A stretch of DNA of 64,000 nucleotides from Malacoraja senta (Eukaryota), in the NCBI GenBank assembly GCA_038087875.1, contig JAXLNO010000571.1, positions 188,001 to 252,000 on the forward strand, in the 5' to 3' direction. Positions 41,745 to 55,792 of this stretch are shown here, piece by piece (position 1 is the stretch's first letter; every line of letters begins with the position of its first letter). Below the pieces are notes generated by a model that was given only the letters and a program-made list of their open reading frames with translations, made no database searches and had not been told where the DNA came from. Made by a program: the position numbers and the translations under genes.

Positions 41745-42340
41745 TATAGTCATGGAGTGATACAGTGTTAAAACAGGCCCTTTGGCAAACTTGACCACAC
41801 CAGCCAACATGTTTCAGCTACGCTAGTCCCACCTGCCCGCATTTGGTCCATATCCCTCCAAACCTGTCCTATCCATGTACCTGTCTAACTGTTTCTTAAA
41901 TGTTGGGAGAGTCCCTGCCTCAACTACCCCCCTCTGGCAGCTTGTTCCATACACCCACCACCCTTTGTGTGAAAATGTTACCCCTCAGGTTCCTATTCAA
42001 TCTTTTTCCCTTCACCTTAAATCTTTGTCCTCTGATTCACCTACTCTGGGCAAGAGACTGCGCATCTACCTAATCTATTCCTTTTATGATTTTATACACC
42101 TCAATAAGATCACCCTTCACCCTCCTGTGTTCCAAGGAATAGAATCGCAGCCTACTCAACCTCTCACTATAGCTCTGACCCTCTAGCCATGGCAACATCC
42201 TTGTAAATCTTCACTGTACTTTCCAGCTTGACAACATCTTTTCTATAACATGAGTGTCCAGAACTGAACTCAATACTCTAAATGCAGCCTCACCAACATC
42301 TTATACAACTACAACATGACCTCCCAACTTCCATACACAA
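41745..42340 (-). mobile_element. CR1-family LINE 3' fragment
   Basis: Reverse-complement match to the 33405-33685 family, plus upstream RT sequence. Confidence 0.78.
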
Positions 42341-44066
42341 ATTTGTATCAAATTGATATACAATTATGAGACATTGATGGATAGACAAAATCTTTATCTC
42401 AGAATGGACACATCAAATGCTAAAGGGCATAGCTTTAAAGTGAGAGGCCAACATTTAAAGATCTGTGGAGCAAGTTTTATTGTAAAAACTCAGTATACAA
42501 AGCCTGCAATGTACTCAGGGACCACAGTTGAGGCAGATGGTATATGGATATGCAGGGAATGGAGAGAGATGGATTGTATGCAGGCAGATAAGAGTTTGTC
42601 TTGGTATCATGTTCCGCATAAACACTGAGCTTAAGGGCCTGTTCTAGTGTTGTCTGAAGAAGGGTCTTGACGCTAAACGTCACCCGTTCCGTCTCTCCAG
42701 AGATGCTGCCTGACCCGCTGAGTTACTCCAGCTTTGTGTCTATCTTCTAGTGCTGAACTTGCCCATGTCATTGGTTGAAGTCAGGTTAACTGCAAGTATT
42801 GACCATTAAGTATTAGTGAGGGAAAAAGATAACTTTCTAAACATGAACTAACTCACAATAGACTTTAACAACTTCACTGGTCCCTATGAACTCCACAACT
42901 GCCAAACTCAATCCAAGTAATGTTTTAACCATTTTGTCCCCGTATCATTGCAATGTGTTGAAAATCTTACAATTCCGATAGCCAAATCAGAGGATAAGCT
43001 AAATTAACATTAACTACACAACAGCAAACATTCCCTGGACGCCCAGTATGTAGACACAACACACGTTCCAATTCCCATACATTTATTCTGCCAAAATGAT
43101 AAAGATTAGACAAACATGATAGTACCAGATTATTAATACAATATCCAAAATAAAGCTTAGTATTCAAATGAAGTTCTCTAAATTTATTAAAAACTATACC
43201 CATAACCATCACACCCAACAATTCACATGGATAATTCCATTATCAAAATGGAAATATCAAGTCACAGTATGTTGGACCTTCGGTATTTGGATGCCTTAAT
43301 TTAACGATAGTTAAACACTGAAACAACTCCTACACAATACAGTATAACGCTGGCATACCAAGAATACAATCTCAATCACCTACCCAGATCCTGGATAACA
43401 ACTAATTTGGACAAATCCTTTGGAAGTTTTCCACTGAAACCTTAATCAACCATGATCACAAACAGTAGTTTACGTTTCAGGTGTGAGGAACCACAAGTTT
43501 AAACTTTAATTATTATAAGCTCAAACTCATTAGGGACATGGTTTCAAAGTTACTAACTCCAGGTATTCCATCATGTGTTAGCTGACAACAGGATCATACA
43601 AGGAAGTTGTGGAGTTAAATTCTGATCTCCACCTAGATACTCAATTCCAAAATAAGAAAACAAAAAACAACCTGGCCTGTGCATCAACACAAGGCTACAC
43701 CTTTATCAATTAAACAATCAGCTTGACATGGTTGCAAATCTTACAATATTTTAAATACATATAGATCATAGCTGCCTTATTTAAGGGCTACATATAGCTC
43801 TAGAAACTCATTCAAAACCAAATTACCAGCAACTTCTGTTGCATTAATTGGCAACAAATATTTTAATGTTCACCCAATGTTCAGGCAATAGACAGTAAGT
43901 TCAAGAGTAGGCCATTCGGCCCTTCGAGCCAGCACGCCATTCACTGTGATCATCCATACCTTTTCCCTGCCATCCATCCTGCCTTTTCCCCATATCCCTG
44001 GACTCCGCTATCTTTAAGAGCTCTATCCAACTCTCTCTTGAAGAGTTTGTCTCAGACAAACCAGAG

Positions 44067-44128
44067 TGTCTCAGGCAAGACAAACACCCAGTAAAGGTGT
44101 CTCAGGCAAGACAAACACCCAGCAAAGG
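44067..44128 (+). repeat. 31-bp tandem duplication (GTGTCTCAGGCAAGACAAACACCCAGYAAAG x2), next to a short CR1 3' end at ~43888-44043
   Basis: Direct inspection. Confidence 0.85.
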
Positions 44129-46011
44129 GAGTAGCTAAATACTTTTGGTGCATACTATTCAAATAGACTTTGATGTAAACAATTAAATCAGTAAGCTCAG
44201 AACATCCTAGCTGACTGATTACGTAGTAATTGAAAGCAAGATTTAAATATTCTTGTACCCTATTTGGCAATTACAATATTAATTATTTGCATTTATTGCC
44301 CATCCCTTATTGCATTGAGATAATGGTCTCTTCACCTTTAATCAGAATCATAAAATGGTAACAGTAAGGAGGCAGTCTTTCAATGCACCCAATTTCTAAA
44401 AGACCGACTCCTATTTCCCCCATAAACTTTGTGGGGGGTTTTCCCTTTTAAGTATTGATCCAGTTTCTTTGAGAGCTATGATTACGTCTGCCTATACCAA
44501 TTATTAAATTTCACCTGCATTAACTTTAACTGACAATAGTAGTTTGATACAACTGATATGCTTGCAATGCCATATCAGACTGGAGTCTGCAGCAATCATT
44601 AAGACAAATGGCTTATGCTGGTGTGGAGCCGTGTGCGCGAAGGGCAACCCAACAGCTTCAGTCATATTTACAAATGTCATTTTTGTATTTCCACTCTTTT
44701 TATCCAAAATGATTTCACTGCCACCATTATAGAGAGTTTAAACTAGTGTCTTCTAATATTAATTCATATCTGGATTTCTTGTCCAATAACAATAAAATTA
44801 TTAATATATTAAATACTCCATACAATAGGTATTATTTTAACTTGTGTAGGGAAGGGCTCCTGAGGGGCAGACCATTTAAAGGAATAAAGGACAAGATTTT
44901 CTTTCTTAATTCCATCATGACTACCACTATTCAATAGTAAATCAGTCATAAACTGAACTATTGTTAATCGGACTTTGAAAAATGCCACCTATAATGGCAG
45001 TAATATATATGTAATATGAAAAATGAATTTCACTGTGTAGTTGCATATGTTACAAATAAAGCACTATTGAACTATTCATAATTGTAGCTAGGAAGCAAAA
45101 GCTCATGTTCTGTAAGTACCCTAATTCAACTTGCATAGAATTAGTCAAGGATGCATGCTTTCTCTTTGATATACTACAAAGGCCATTCAGCCCAATTATT
45201 CTATGCAACCCATCTCATGTTCTGCATGATCCAATTACACTGCTTTTTTATTAATTTAACCAGCGTTCCCTTTAATGCATCGGACCATTTATCTCAATTA
45301 GCACCATAATAGCGAGTTCTATTCTCGCATTCCCATTATGTTTCTTCCAAATTATTTTTAATTGTTTTGGTGGCTGTTGATGGGCTCTAGTTCTGCCCTC
45401 CACCAACAGGAAGCTGTTTAGTTTATTAACTTGAAATGCCTTTCAAAAGGTTACCATCCAGGATACTTTATTCAAAATGAAAGCAACCAGCTTGATTATA
45501 CTTTTCTAAAGAGTATCATCCTTCCACTTTTTGGTTTTGGTCACCTTCAAGAGAGAGCTAGATGGGGCTCTTAAAGATAGCGGAATCAGGGGATATGGGG
45601 AGAAGGCAGGAACGGGGTACTGATTTGGGATGATCAGCCATGATCACATTGAATGGTGGTGCTGGCTCGAAGGGCCGAATGGCCTACTCCTTCACCTATT
45701 GTTTATTCTCCAGTACTTTCATATTCCTTTTATAACATGGAAGCTTTTCCATCTCCTGGGTCTTTGAATAGCACCTCTTTACATTTTTGGCCTTGGAGTC
45801 AGCTAGTTAGCCATTCTTCCACTCGCTCATTTATTAATTCAATGTGTTCATTTATGGAAGGTAGACACAAAATGCTGGAGTGACTCAGCGGGGCAGGCAG
45901 CATCTCTGGAGAGAAGGAATGGGTGACGTTCCCGTCAAGACCATCCTTCAGACATGGAAAGTCTTGGGAGAACACAGAAATTGTATTTACTACATGACCC
46001 ATCCACTCCTG

Positions 46012-47052
46012 CATAGAAACATAGAAAATAGGTGCAGGAGGCGGCCATTCGGCCCTTGGAGCCAAGCACCGCCATTCATTGTGATCATGGCTGATCATCC
46101 CCAATCAATAACCCATGCCTGCATTCTCCCGATATCCCTTGATTCCACTAGCCCCTAGAGCTCTATCTCACTTAAATCCATCCAGTGATTTGGCCTCCAC
46201 TGCCCTCTGTGGCAGGGAATTCCACAAATTCACAACTCTCTGGGTGAAAAAATTTCTCACCTCAGTCTTAAATGGCCTCTCCTTTATTCTAAGACTGTGG
46301 CCCCTGGTTCTGGACTCGCCAAACATTGGGAACATTTTTCCTGCATCTAGCTTGTCTAGTCCTTTTATAATTTTATATGTTTCTATAAGATATCCCCTCA
46401 TCCTTCTAAACCCCAGTGAATACAAGCCTAGTCTTTTCAATCTTTCCTCATATGACAGTCCCGCCATCCCAGGGATCAATCTCGTGAACCTACACTGCAC
46501 TGCCTCAATCACAAGGATGTCCTTCCTCAAATTAGGAAACCAAAACTGTACACAATACTCCAGATGCGGTCTCACCAGAGCCCTATACAACTGCAGAAGA
46601 ACCTCTTTACTCCTATACTGAAATCCTCTTGTTATGAAGGCCAACATTCCATTAGACTGCCTGCTGTACCTGCACCCCAACTTTCAGTGACCCGTGTACA
46701 AGGACACCCAGGTCTCGCTGTACCTCCCCCTTACCTAACCTAACCCCATTGAGATAATAATTTGCCCCCTTGTTTTTGCCGCCAAAGTGGATAACCTCAC
46801 ATTTATCTATATTATACTGCATCTGCCCACTCACTCAACCTGTCCAGGTCACCCTGCAACCTCCTAACATCCTCTTCACAGTTCACACTGCCACCCAGCT
46901 TTGTGTCATCCGCAAACTTGCTAGTGTTGCTCCTAATTCCCTCTTCCAAATCATTAATATATATGGTAAACAGTTGCGGCCCCAACACCGAGCCTTGTGG
47001 CACTCCACTCGCCACTGCCTGCCATTCTGAAAAGGACCTGTTCACTCCTACT
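46012..47052 (-). mobile_element. CR1-type LINE 3' ~1 kb (short CR1 3' ends also at ~20900-21010, ~45545-45705, ~48110-48310)
   Basis: RT motifs [50 protein letters not shown]. Confidence 0.95.
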
Positions 47053-50000
47053 GCAGAGCTTTCCATTTTGAATTCTATGCTGGCCATATTATATTTATAT
47101 CATATCTATTCTTCCTCATATTATTTTAACATGCATGGATGCAATTATGCACAATTCAAGGTAAATTTCTTGACTTTCATCAAATACCTCAATTTATATG
47201 GCATTTCTCATGACATCACACAATGTCATGTCCACACAAACCATTTTCTTGATACTGTTTATGTACCATGGAATGCTTCAGTGCAGCTTTAACCTCACAA
47301 TATCACAACTAAAGTAAATATCCCATAAATTTCTATTTTTATCCCCTCTGAACTCAACTTCAAAAATTCAATAGAGAAAAGATGATTTTAATATATACTA
47401 ATTTATTGGGCACACAGCAAAGAACCTCCAAGATTGACAAAACTTGCCATCGTGAATGTTTTTAATGAAATGACAACAGGAATTTGAATAAATCTAACCT
47501 ATTATTTATTGTTTATTGTTTGGAACTTTGGCAAGGTGCAAGTAGGAATTGATGTATATGCGCCTTCAATATCTAGCTGTACTGACATGCCATTCAAAAT
47601 ATGATAAGTTCATTAATGCACGAATACTGCAATGAGCGAGGATTCCTAATAACTAGAATTAAAACTATTTCAACATGCATCACTGTAGAACAGCAGAAAT
47701 AAGAGAATGCGAGAAATTTCTATGACTACTGCCGCTTATTCTCAAGTTTTCAAATGAAGCATTTCAATTAAGTTGAAATAATTGGCCTTCAACAACAGTC
47801 TTTTGCTTGGTGCTAAATCTAGCCAAGTTTGCTCCTTGATATTAACCGGCTTCCATTTTAGCAAAGTTCTTTGATGCTGCACTCACTCAAATGATGCCCT
47901 AATATCGATCCATCCTCCTCACTAGTTTCTTTCAACATTTGACCCAAACAGTTATCATAACTGGAGTGAACATATCTTAACCAAACTTAAACTGAACCAA
48001 CAATTCACCAACTTGCTGATGATTGAGAGTACACTATTGGAGCGAGTAGAATTAGATCTGTACTGCTTTTCATGATTCGGATCATCAGCGTAATTGTTCA
48101 CATTCTCTGGATAGACAATAGACAATCGGTGCACGAGTAGGCCATTCGGCCCTTCGAGCTAGCACCGCCATTTAATGTAATCATGGCTGATCATCCCCAA
48201 TCAGTACCCCGTTCCTGCCTTCTCCCCATATCCCCTGACTCCGCTATTTTTAAGAGCCCTATCTAGCTCTCTCTTGAAAGCATCCAGAGAACCTGCCTCC
48301 ACCGCCCTCTAATGCTTAGATTGTAGCACCCATCTGGCCTGGCCAGAGGTAAAACTAGCTGTGGATGGCAAACAGTCAGCACTTTATCCAGGATATCAAC
48401 CTCATAGCCTATGCTATACCCATTACACTTTTCAGTTTCTGGACATCTTGTAAGGTGTCCTTGAGACTTTTGTATAGGCGCCCTTAAATAAAATCTATTA
48501 TTATTATTATTATCACAAGATGGATTAATTGCTTTTGTGCCTGCTATTGCTCTTGTACTTTTGTAATTATGCAGACTGGGAAAGGCATTGCAAGCACCAT
48601 GCTGCAAATGAAGCACCATTTCACTATACAAAAAGTGTGCAATCTTGCTATGCATAGACGGTCAAATTGCCCCCCCAAAAATACTAAAATGGTTGCACTT
48701 AATTATCTTGTCATACAAAGACAAAATGGAATATAAATGGCAAACATAATATAAAATATTTTGGACAGTGTCAAAAGATTTTTCTTATTCAAATTAACCA
48801 GTGGCCAGATTTTATGTAGCTAGACTTAAGTGAATCGGCACATAAAAAATAAACTGATTCAGTGCAGATTAAAAATACAAGAGCAAGCTTCTAACGTTCT
48901 GCCCAAACCCATTGCCATTTTAGTGCTAGGACCACATTTCAGTTTCACATCTATAATCAGTTTCCTAAGCTATTACCTACACAGAAAACAGTTTTCAGGC
49001 TTTGCTTGGCAATGATTTTTTTAAAAGCCACACCAGCAATGAACTAAATTATGATATATTTTGGACACTTAAAATGGATATGCAGATGCAAATGATCCCA
49101 GTCTTCCTTTATACTTTGGCTTCCACACCCCCTCCCCCTAAATTCCACACCACAGAAGTCTTCAACAACTCTTCAGAACAGCCCAAACATCCTGATGCAA
49201 TGCCCATTTGTTAATTTTAATGAAAGATAATCCCAGTTTATTTTAATTAACAAAATTAGAGGCCATATCATTTTTAAAAATCAGATTCCACAAAAGAGTC
49301 CCCAAATCCAAGCCAAATAACATTCTTAGTTACTTTTTAGAGGGGTGGCGGCAGGGGATGATCTAGAGTTCCAAGAAAGCAAATTAACAATATAGGGAAA
49401 TAAAATGACAAATTGCAGTCATATTTAATCTTAACCTCATGCTCCAGCAAAATACTCTTGGGTTTAGCAAAAATTTCACCCATTATCAATGATTATTCAA
49501 TTTTATTTGCCCAATCTTTGTAACAAATTCTTTATTAACTGTAAAAATTCCAAATATTCAGCGTTAAAATGTAATGCATCTGCTTTCAGGCTGTCAATAG
49601 AAATCTTAGCCCTGTTTACTTACAAATTGTGCAAGGACATCAGTGCCAGATTATATAACTTTCAATGCACCCTGAGCAGGAACATCACGTGAAACTGACC
49701 TGTAAGCATAGAAAAAAGTTGCAGCCATTTTAACTTTTTGAAATGATTGTCATTTGGTCTTTTGGTGAAAGAGTAAAATGGGAATGGAAAAACTGTACAT
49801 GGACTCAATACTAAAAAGTGAACAACATGTTTTGACGTCTTGAAACATCTCTAATGAAAAACATATACTCTCATTTTAGCTGGAGTCCCAATATCTCCAG
49901 GAATCTGAAATAAATGATACACCTTATCCCAATCAAAGAAAATTAAAATTAGATTTTAATTGTAGATAACCATATTCAAAGTAAAGATTTGTTTATTATT

Positions 50001-51289
50001 CTTTGTGGTCAATAATTCAATTTGGCATTAAGGTATCCATGCAAATTTATACAAAATATTCTCGTACTATAAAGGACTGATCATCCAATCTGAAAAATAA
50101 ATTATCCTAAATATCTTGCTGATTCACAAGACAGAATAGCATTTTCACACCTAATGGAAAGAGATGAAGATGCATAATTGCCAATAACAGAGAACCATGT
50201 TAAAACAAACCACAAACCTAATCTTGGAACCAGTGAGGACTTTATGAGGGAAAAACTTGACATCTACATCCGGAATTATCAGTTACTTCAGATTACAATG
50301 TTCAACGAAACAATACTTTTTTTTCCTGGTTTACAAAAGTAAAGTGCTTTAGTAGCTCAGCTCATTACTTCAAAATGTGACTAAGTTTGTCCATCAGTTG
50401 CTTGCCATTAAATATAATTCAGATTGCTGTAAACAGGCAAGAAACTTCACAAGACATAGAAAAAAGTAACTGCAGATGCTGGTTTACAAAAAGGCACGGT
50501 GCTGGAGTAACTCAGCAAGTCAGGCAATATCACTGGAGAACATGGATAGATGACATTTCAGTCAGGCTCTTCAGACTCCACTTGGATTTATGACCATTTT
50601 TCCAATTAAATACCAAGGCTTTACACTTAAATATAAAATAAAGGACCTTCCAATGTTTAACCATTACCACACCCTCATGAACAAGAAAGGTCAAACATAG
50701 AACTGCAAGAAAACTCAGATCATACTTCATGAAAAATACATTGCCAATATTTATCTGGTCTCAAGATGGGTAAGATACCTAAAACCAACAAAAAAATGTG
50801 AAAAAACATACTTTCTGCAATGGAGTGAGACGTTTTAAAACTAGTGGCTTCAAATTTAAAGAAAGTAAAATGTCAAAATCAAGAATTAAACATTAGAAGT
50901 TTAATTTGTTTTTTCAATTTACTGTCAATTGTTCAATCGTCCATTTTAAATCTAGCTACTGGAAGAAAAAAGATCTCCATACCCAAAAAGCTAAACTCTT
51001 AGAATAACCTAGTGGATAAAATGCAGAAAGTTGAACATTTGAAGCAAATTATATAGTGAAGGCTGAAAATATTGAAATTACGTAAATTCGTGGCTAAAAC
51101 TCAGACTTCCCTGAAACAAATTAAACTCACGTTTAACAAAATACAGAGAAATGAAAGTGCTTCTAGTTGAACAAACGTTGTCGAAATGGTGCCGAACTTT
51201 AGGCGCTCTCTATAAAAGTTTCAGTAAATAATGTAAACATATTAGTCTTTGTTGAAATTAAGACAAACAATGGGTTTGCGGAGATACAC

Positions 51290-53280
51290 AGTGCGTTGGC
51301 CATTCCGGTTTACTTTTGCGGCCTACACAATACAGCTACTGTACCGTCATGGTAGTAACGAAATGGTTAACTTATTATTTCAACGATAAACATCGCAGCA
51401 AAGCACCACCACTATCCTTTGCTGTAAAATGCACAAGTTGCTTTTTCAAAGTACATCTTTAACCCATGAAGACAAAATTACTGCGCGCAGAATGGGGTTA
51501 TTGTTATACTCGTCTGGTCCATGGAAAATATTACTAATCAGGCCTAGACAACAGGTCTTTTATTTCAGAGCGTTCGGTATGGTTATAAGCGGCCTACCTC
51601 GTACTGGGGTTTAAGCCCAACAATTAGCAGGGGGAGGGTTGAAGCAACTTTAGTTACTGTCAGGTTCAAGCTTAGTTGCCTCTATTACTATATCATAAAG
51701 GCATTTTTAAAGAGCGAGGAAGGGGGGAGGCAGTGGGGTGTCAGCGTCCAGGCCTGTGTTTCAGCATCAATCCCCGCTGTCGGAGTTACAGCTGTCGCCG
51801 GATGTGTGAACGTCAAACACCAAGTGCTGCTGGGAAGGAAGTCGAGGGGGCGGGAGAAAGAGGAAATTATTAAAATAAACTTCCTCTGGCAGCCCCCTCC
51901 CTCTGCCTCCTCCCTCCCCCCCCCCCTAAAAACAAAACAAAATCCAACCTTTAAACAAAAACCCACACGAAATGTTAAAAAGACCTTAAAGAATTAACGA
52001 GCAAAATATGGTTATTTTGTTCCTTGGCCTTTGGGCAAGGCTCAGCCGCCGAGGCGGCTTCCTATTATCCTCGCACATACAGGAAAAACCCAAATGTGCT
52101 CACTCATTTTCAGAAAGAGAAACGAATCAACACTATCATATAGTCTATAATAAAACATGATACACACAGCCCTGCCACTCGCATATTTAAGAAACATTTA
52201 AAAGCGGTGGTAGGAGCAAGGAAATCTTGCACATCCTGGAAATAGACAGAAGGCTGAGGAATTCATTCTTGGTGCCAAGGAGGGGAGGGGAAAAAAAGCT
52301 CAAAAATGTTTTGCTTTAAAGATAAAGGAATCACACTGTCCTTCGTTGTTCCCCTTCCTTTCTCTTTCTTTTGCCACTGTTGGAAATAAATGTTATTACC
52401 TAGTTTGTTCCAATTCTACAGCCTGCCACCAGCTTACTCTGTGCCTTTCACTAAACTCTCGGCCACCGCGGCGACTCCACTGGGCCAGCCGGCAGCCCGC
52501 TCACCCTGCGCGGCGCCTGTATCCCTCCACGTCGCCGGGCCTCCTTCCCCTTGTTTCAAGTGGGCGGAATGGAGGAGGGGACAGAGGTGGTGTCACTCCC
52601 TTCCTGGCCCCACTAACCAAACAAACCAAAAATAAAACCCCTCTTCCATCTCCTTTACTCTCAACTTCCTCCTCTCATTCCACATTTACCAGGGTAAAAA
52701 TATGTTATCTATTTCCTTTTTTGTTTCGAAAAAAAAACAAATACCCCTCTAGTCCGCAATATTTACAATTAGTCAACTCTTCTCGCTCCTCCGCCTCCAG
52801 GGGTATCACTGCGCGAGGGTCATGACCCCTGCCGGCCCTGCAAGTCCTGGGAACTGTTCGTCACAGTGACCGGTTGACGTTAGCGATTACATGGCAATTT
52901 CCGCGAATTTTTTTCTTTTTTTTAAATCGGTTCCGCTGAACGTTTCTTTCAAAGGAAAAGCACAATGAAGAGTTGCTAATGCATCTCTGACGAATTTGCA
53001 GTGCGTGAACTTGCAGTAAAGTAAAACTAGTCGCGGCTGCTCTTGTTTACATTCGACGCCGTTGCTCTGGCAATGAGAAGCGTCCAAAATGGCGTCGTTA
53101 TTGCAAGGCACACTTTTTGAAATGAGCGCACAAGCTCCTCCACCGAGTAAGGATTATTACCAGCTGCTGGTCACTAATTCTATGGTGAGTATATGAGTCG
53201 AAACATTGATTAACATTGCCTTTAACCTCTCGCGTAGGTCTGGTGCAATAGAGCAAGTTCGCGGGACGTGAACTTTACCT
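51290..53280. promoter_or_regulatory. CpG-enriched bidirectional promoter region of TRIP12/FBXO36, containing the probable non-coding TRIP12 exon(s) 1
   Basis: Visible CpG/GC enrichment with no recognisable repeats. Candidate minus-strand donors AG|GTAATA (52399), GA|GTAAGC (52437), GG|GTATTT (52744). TGACGT near 52875; YY1-like AAAATGGCG at the FBXO36 ATG. Confidence 0.75.
53089..53184 (+). CDS. FBXO36: FBXO36 first coding exon (MASLLQGTLFEMSAQAPPPSKDYYQLLVTNSM)
   Basis: 96 nt, start context AAAATGG, donor ATG|GTGAGT. Similar to human FBXO36 MASWLPETLFETVGQGPPPSKDYYQLLVTRSQ; head-to-head with TRIP12 as in mammals. Not in the supplied ORF track. Confidence 0.93.
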
Positions 53281-53516
53281 CTTGTCAGTCTTCACAGTGT
53301 TAAAATATCTGACTCGTTTGCTTTTAGTAAATTAAAATGTTTTCTGCCTTTTCAAAAAGTTATTATATCAGTAAGAAATGTTTTAATTACATCCTCCTAG
53401 TTAGCGCATATTTACATTTTTTTAAAGAACTCTAGCGAAGTATAGAATTTTAATACCTATGCAAAAAATGAAAAATGTATCTAATTTGTGTGTATATTGT
53501 AAGACTTAAAAATGGT

Positions 53517-54437
53517 GCGAGAAAAGTAGCATCTCCCGTTGCAGGTTCTGAAGAGCACAATGGCCTCCGTCATTCTTAAATGGAAGAACTTTGGAACCAC
53601 CAGGACTCTTCATAGAGCTGGCCGCCTGGCCAAACTGTGCAGTCGGGTAGAAGGGCCTTGGTCATGGAGGTGACCAAGAACCCGATGGTCACTCTGACAG
53701 AGCTCCAGAGTTCCTCTGTGGAGATTGGGAGAACCTTCCAGAAGGACAACTATATCTGCAGCACTCCACCAATCAGGCCTTTGTGGTAGAGTGGCCAGAC
53801 AGAAGCCACTCCTCAGTAAAAGGCACATGACAGCCCACTCGGAGTTTGCCAAAAGGCACCTAAAGGACTCTCAGCCATGAGAAACAAGATTCTCTGGTCT
53901 GAAGAAGCCAAGATTGAACTCTTTGGCCTGCATGCCATGCGTCACGTCTGGAGGAAACCAGGCCAATACTATATCTACGGTGAGCCAGCATTATGCTGTA
54001 GGGATGTTTTTCAGTGGCAGAAACTGGGAGACTAGTCAGGATCAAGGGGAAGATGAACGGAACAAAGTATAGAGAGATCCGTAATGAAAACCTGCTCCAG
54101 AGCATTCTGCACATCAGACTGGTTCACCTTCCAACAGGACAACGACCCTAAGCACACAGCCAAGACAACGCAAAAGTGGCTTTGTGACAAGTCTGTGAAT
54201 GTTCTTGAATGCTCTGCCAGAGCCCGGACTTGAACCCGATTGAACATCTCTGGAGGGACCTGAAAATACCTGTGCATCGACGCTCCACATCCAACATGAC
54301 AGAGTTTGAAAGGATCTGCAGAGAAGAATGGAAGAAATTACCCAAATAAGGTGTGCCAAGCTTGTAGCGTCATACCCAAGAAGACTTGAGGCTGTAATCG
54401 CTGCCAAAGGTGCCTCAACAAAGTACTGAGTAAAGGG
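53517..54437 (+). mobile_element. Tc1 transposase relic of a second family, in FBXO36 intron 1
   Basis: KILWSEEAKIELFG, FTFQQDNDPKH, SPDLNPIEHLW, LEAVIAAKGASTKY* across frames; no intact termini seen. Confidence 0.88.
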
Positions 54438-55792
54438 GGACACACGCACGCACTGTAGTTCAGACCTTATTGGTGGTTGTAGTGTTTAATAGCCTGATGC
54501 TGTAGGGAAGAACCTGTTCTTGAACCTGGACATTACAGTTTTCGGGCTCCTGTACCACCTTCTTTATGGCAGGGGTCAAATGAATGTGTGGCCAGGGTGG
54601 TGTGGGTCTCTGATGCTCTGTCTTTTTGAGGCGGCGACTTCTGTAAATCTCTTTGATGGTGGGGAGATCAGAACCAGTGATGGACTGGGTATTGGCAAAA
54701 TAATGGGCTTCTCATAGGACCAGTATGCTTCATATTTCACAAAAAGGCAGTTGTTGTTTGCAACTTTCAGAGTTTTTATTGCAGTGACTTTCTTTTTCCA
54801 TGCGATTGATGTAGACATCCAGGATAAATAAGTGTTTGAGGCAGAAAAGAGTATATAGAACCATGAATCAATTGTAGCACTCTTTTCAACTACTTTGTTT
54901 TTTTTTTTCATTTGCAGAATACTTTGAGCATCTGCCTTTCACAAGAAATCTTCTGTTATTCCCCACAAACACTACCTTTTTCAAATCAGATACAATAAGA
55001 AGGGCAATTGAGAATTGCAATATGAATTAAGTTTACAGAGATAAAGGTCAAATCTTGAATACATTTTACATTAAAGTAAAGATTTTTTTTTTGCTACGTA
55101 GAATTTGTGTTGATATGATGGAGCACTTCAAGTGTTTGGAATGGCCAAGCCCAATGGTTCACAGTTTGCATTTGAATGTTAGCCATTTTCTCGATTCATA
55201 ACCTGGAAGTAATTTTTACTAGGTGAAATGTAGAATTGATTGCTTAATGATCATTTTGTTTTTAATGGCAATCTCAATTGGGGGCATTGGAAATGACATG
55301 TTTTGTTAATCATAGGCAAAAACATTCATAGATTAATTAATTACAGATGGTTTCTGAGATGCTTTAGGGCTGTCCAATTCAAATGGCATCTGCCTTACTC
55401 CCAGGATTCCCAATAAGAAACATTTTAAGTGGACATGATTATCTTTTCTCAAATGCAGGTGGGAAAATAACATGGCTTTCCTAAAATAGGCACAAACAGG
55501 GCTCTAGCTTAACTTTTTTTCCCTGTTGCCAGCCGGGCAACCTAGGCAGCTTTTTAGGTTGCCAAATGACAGTTTAGGTGGTCATTTAAGACGGCTTGTA
55601 TGACACGTGCGATAATGTGTTCGGACGAGGTGCGTAGTTACCAGTCAGAATTATGGTCAATGAAGCATTCGCATATTATTTCTGCTTCAAATAATGTCAC
55701 AAACTAAACATATTCACCAATCAAGACATGATATATACCACATTGACATGCAGCAAAATTACGGTACAGTATCGCATCTCTTTTTACACATT

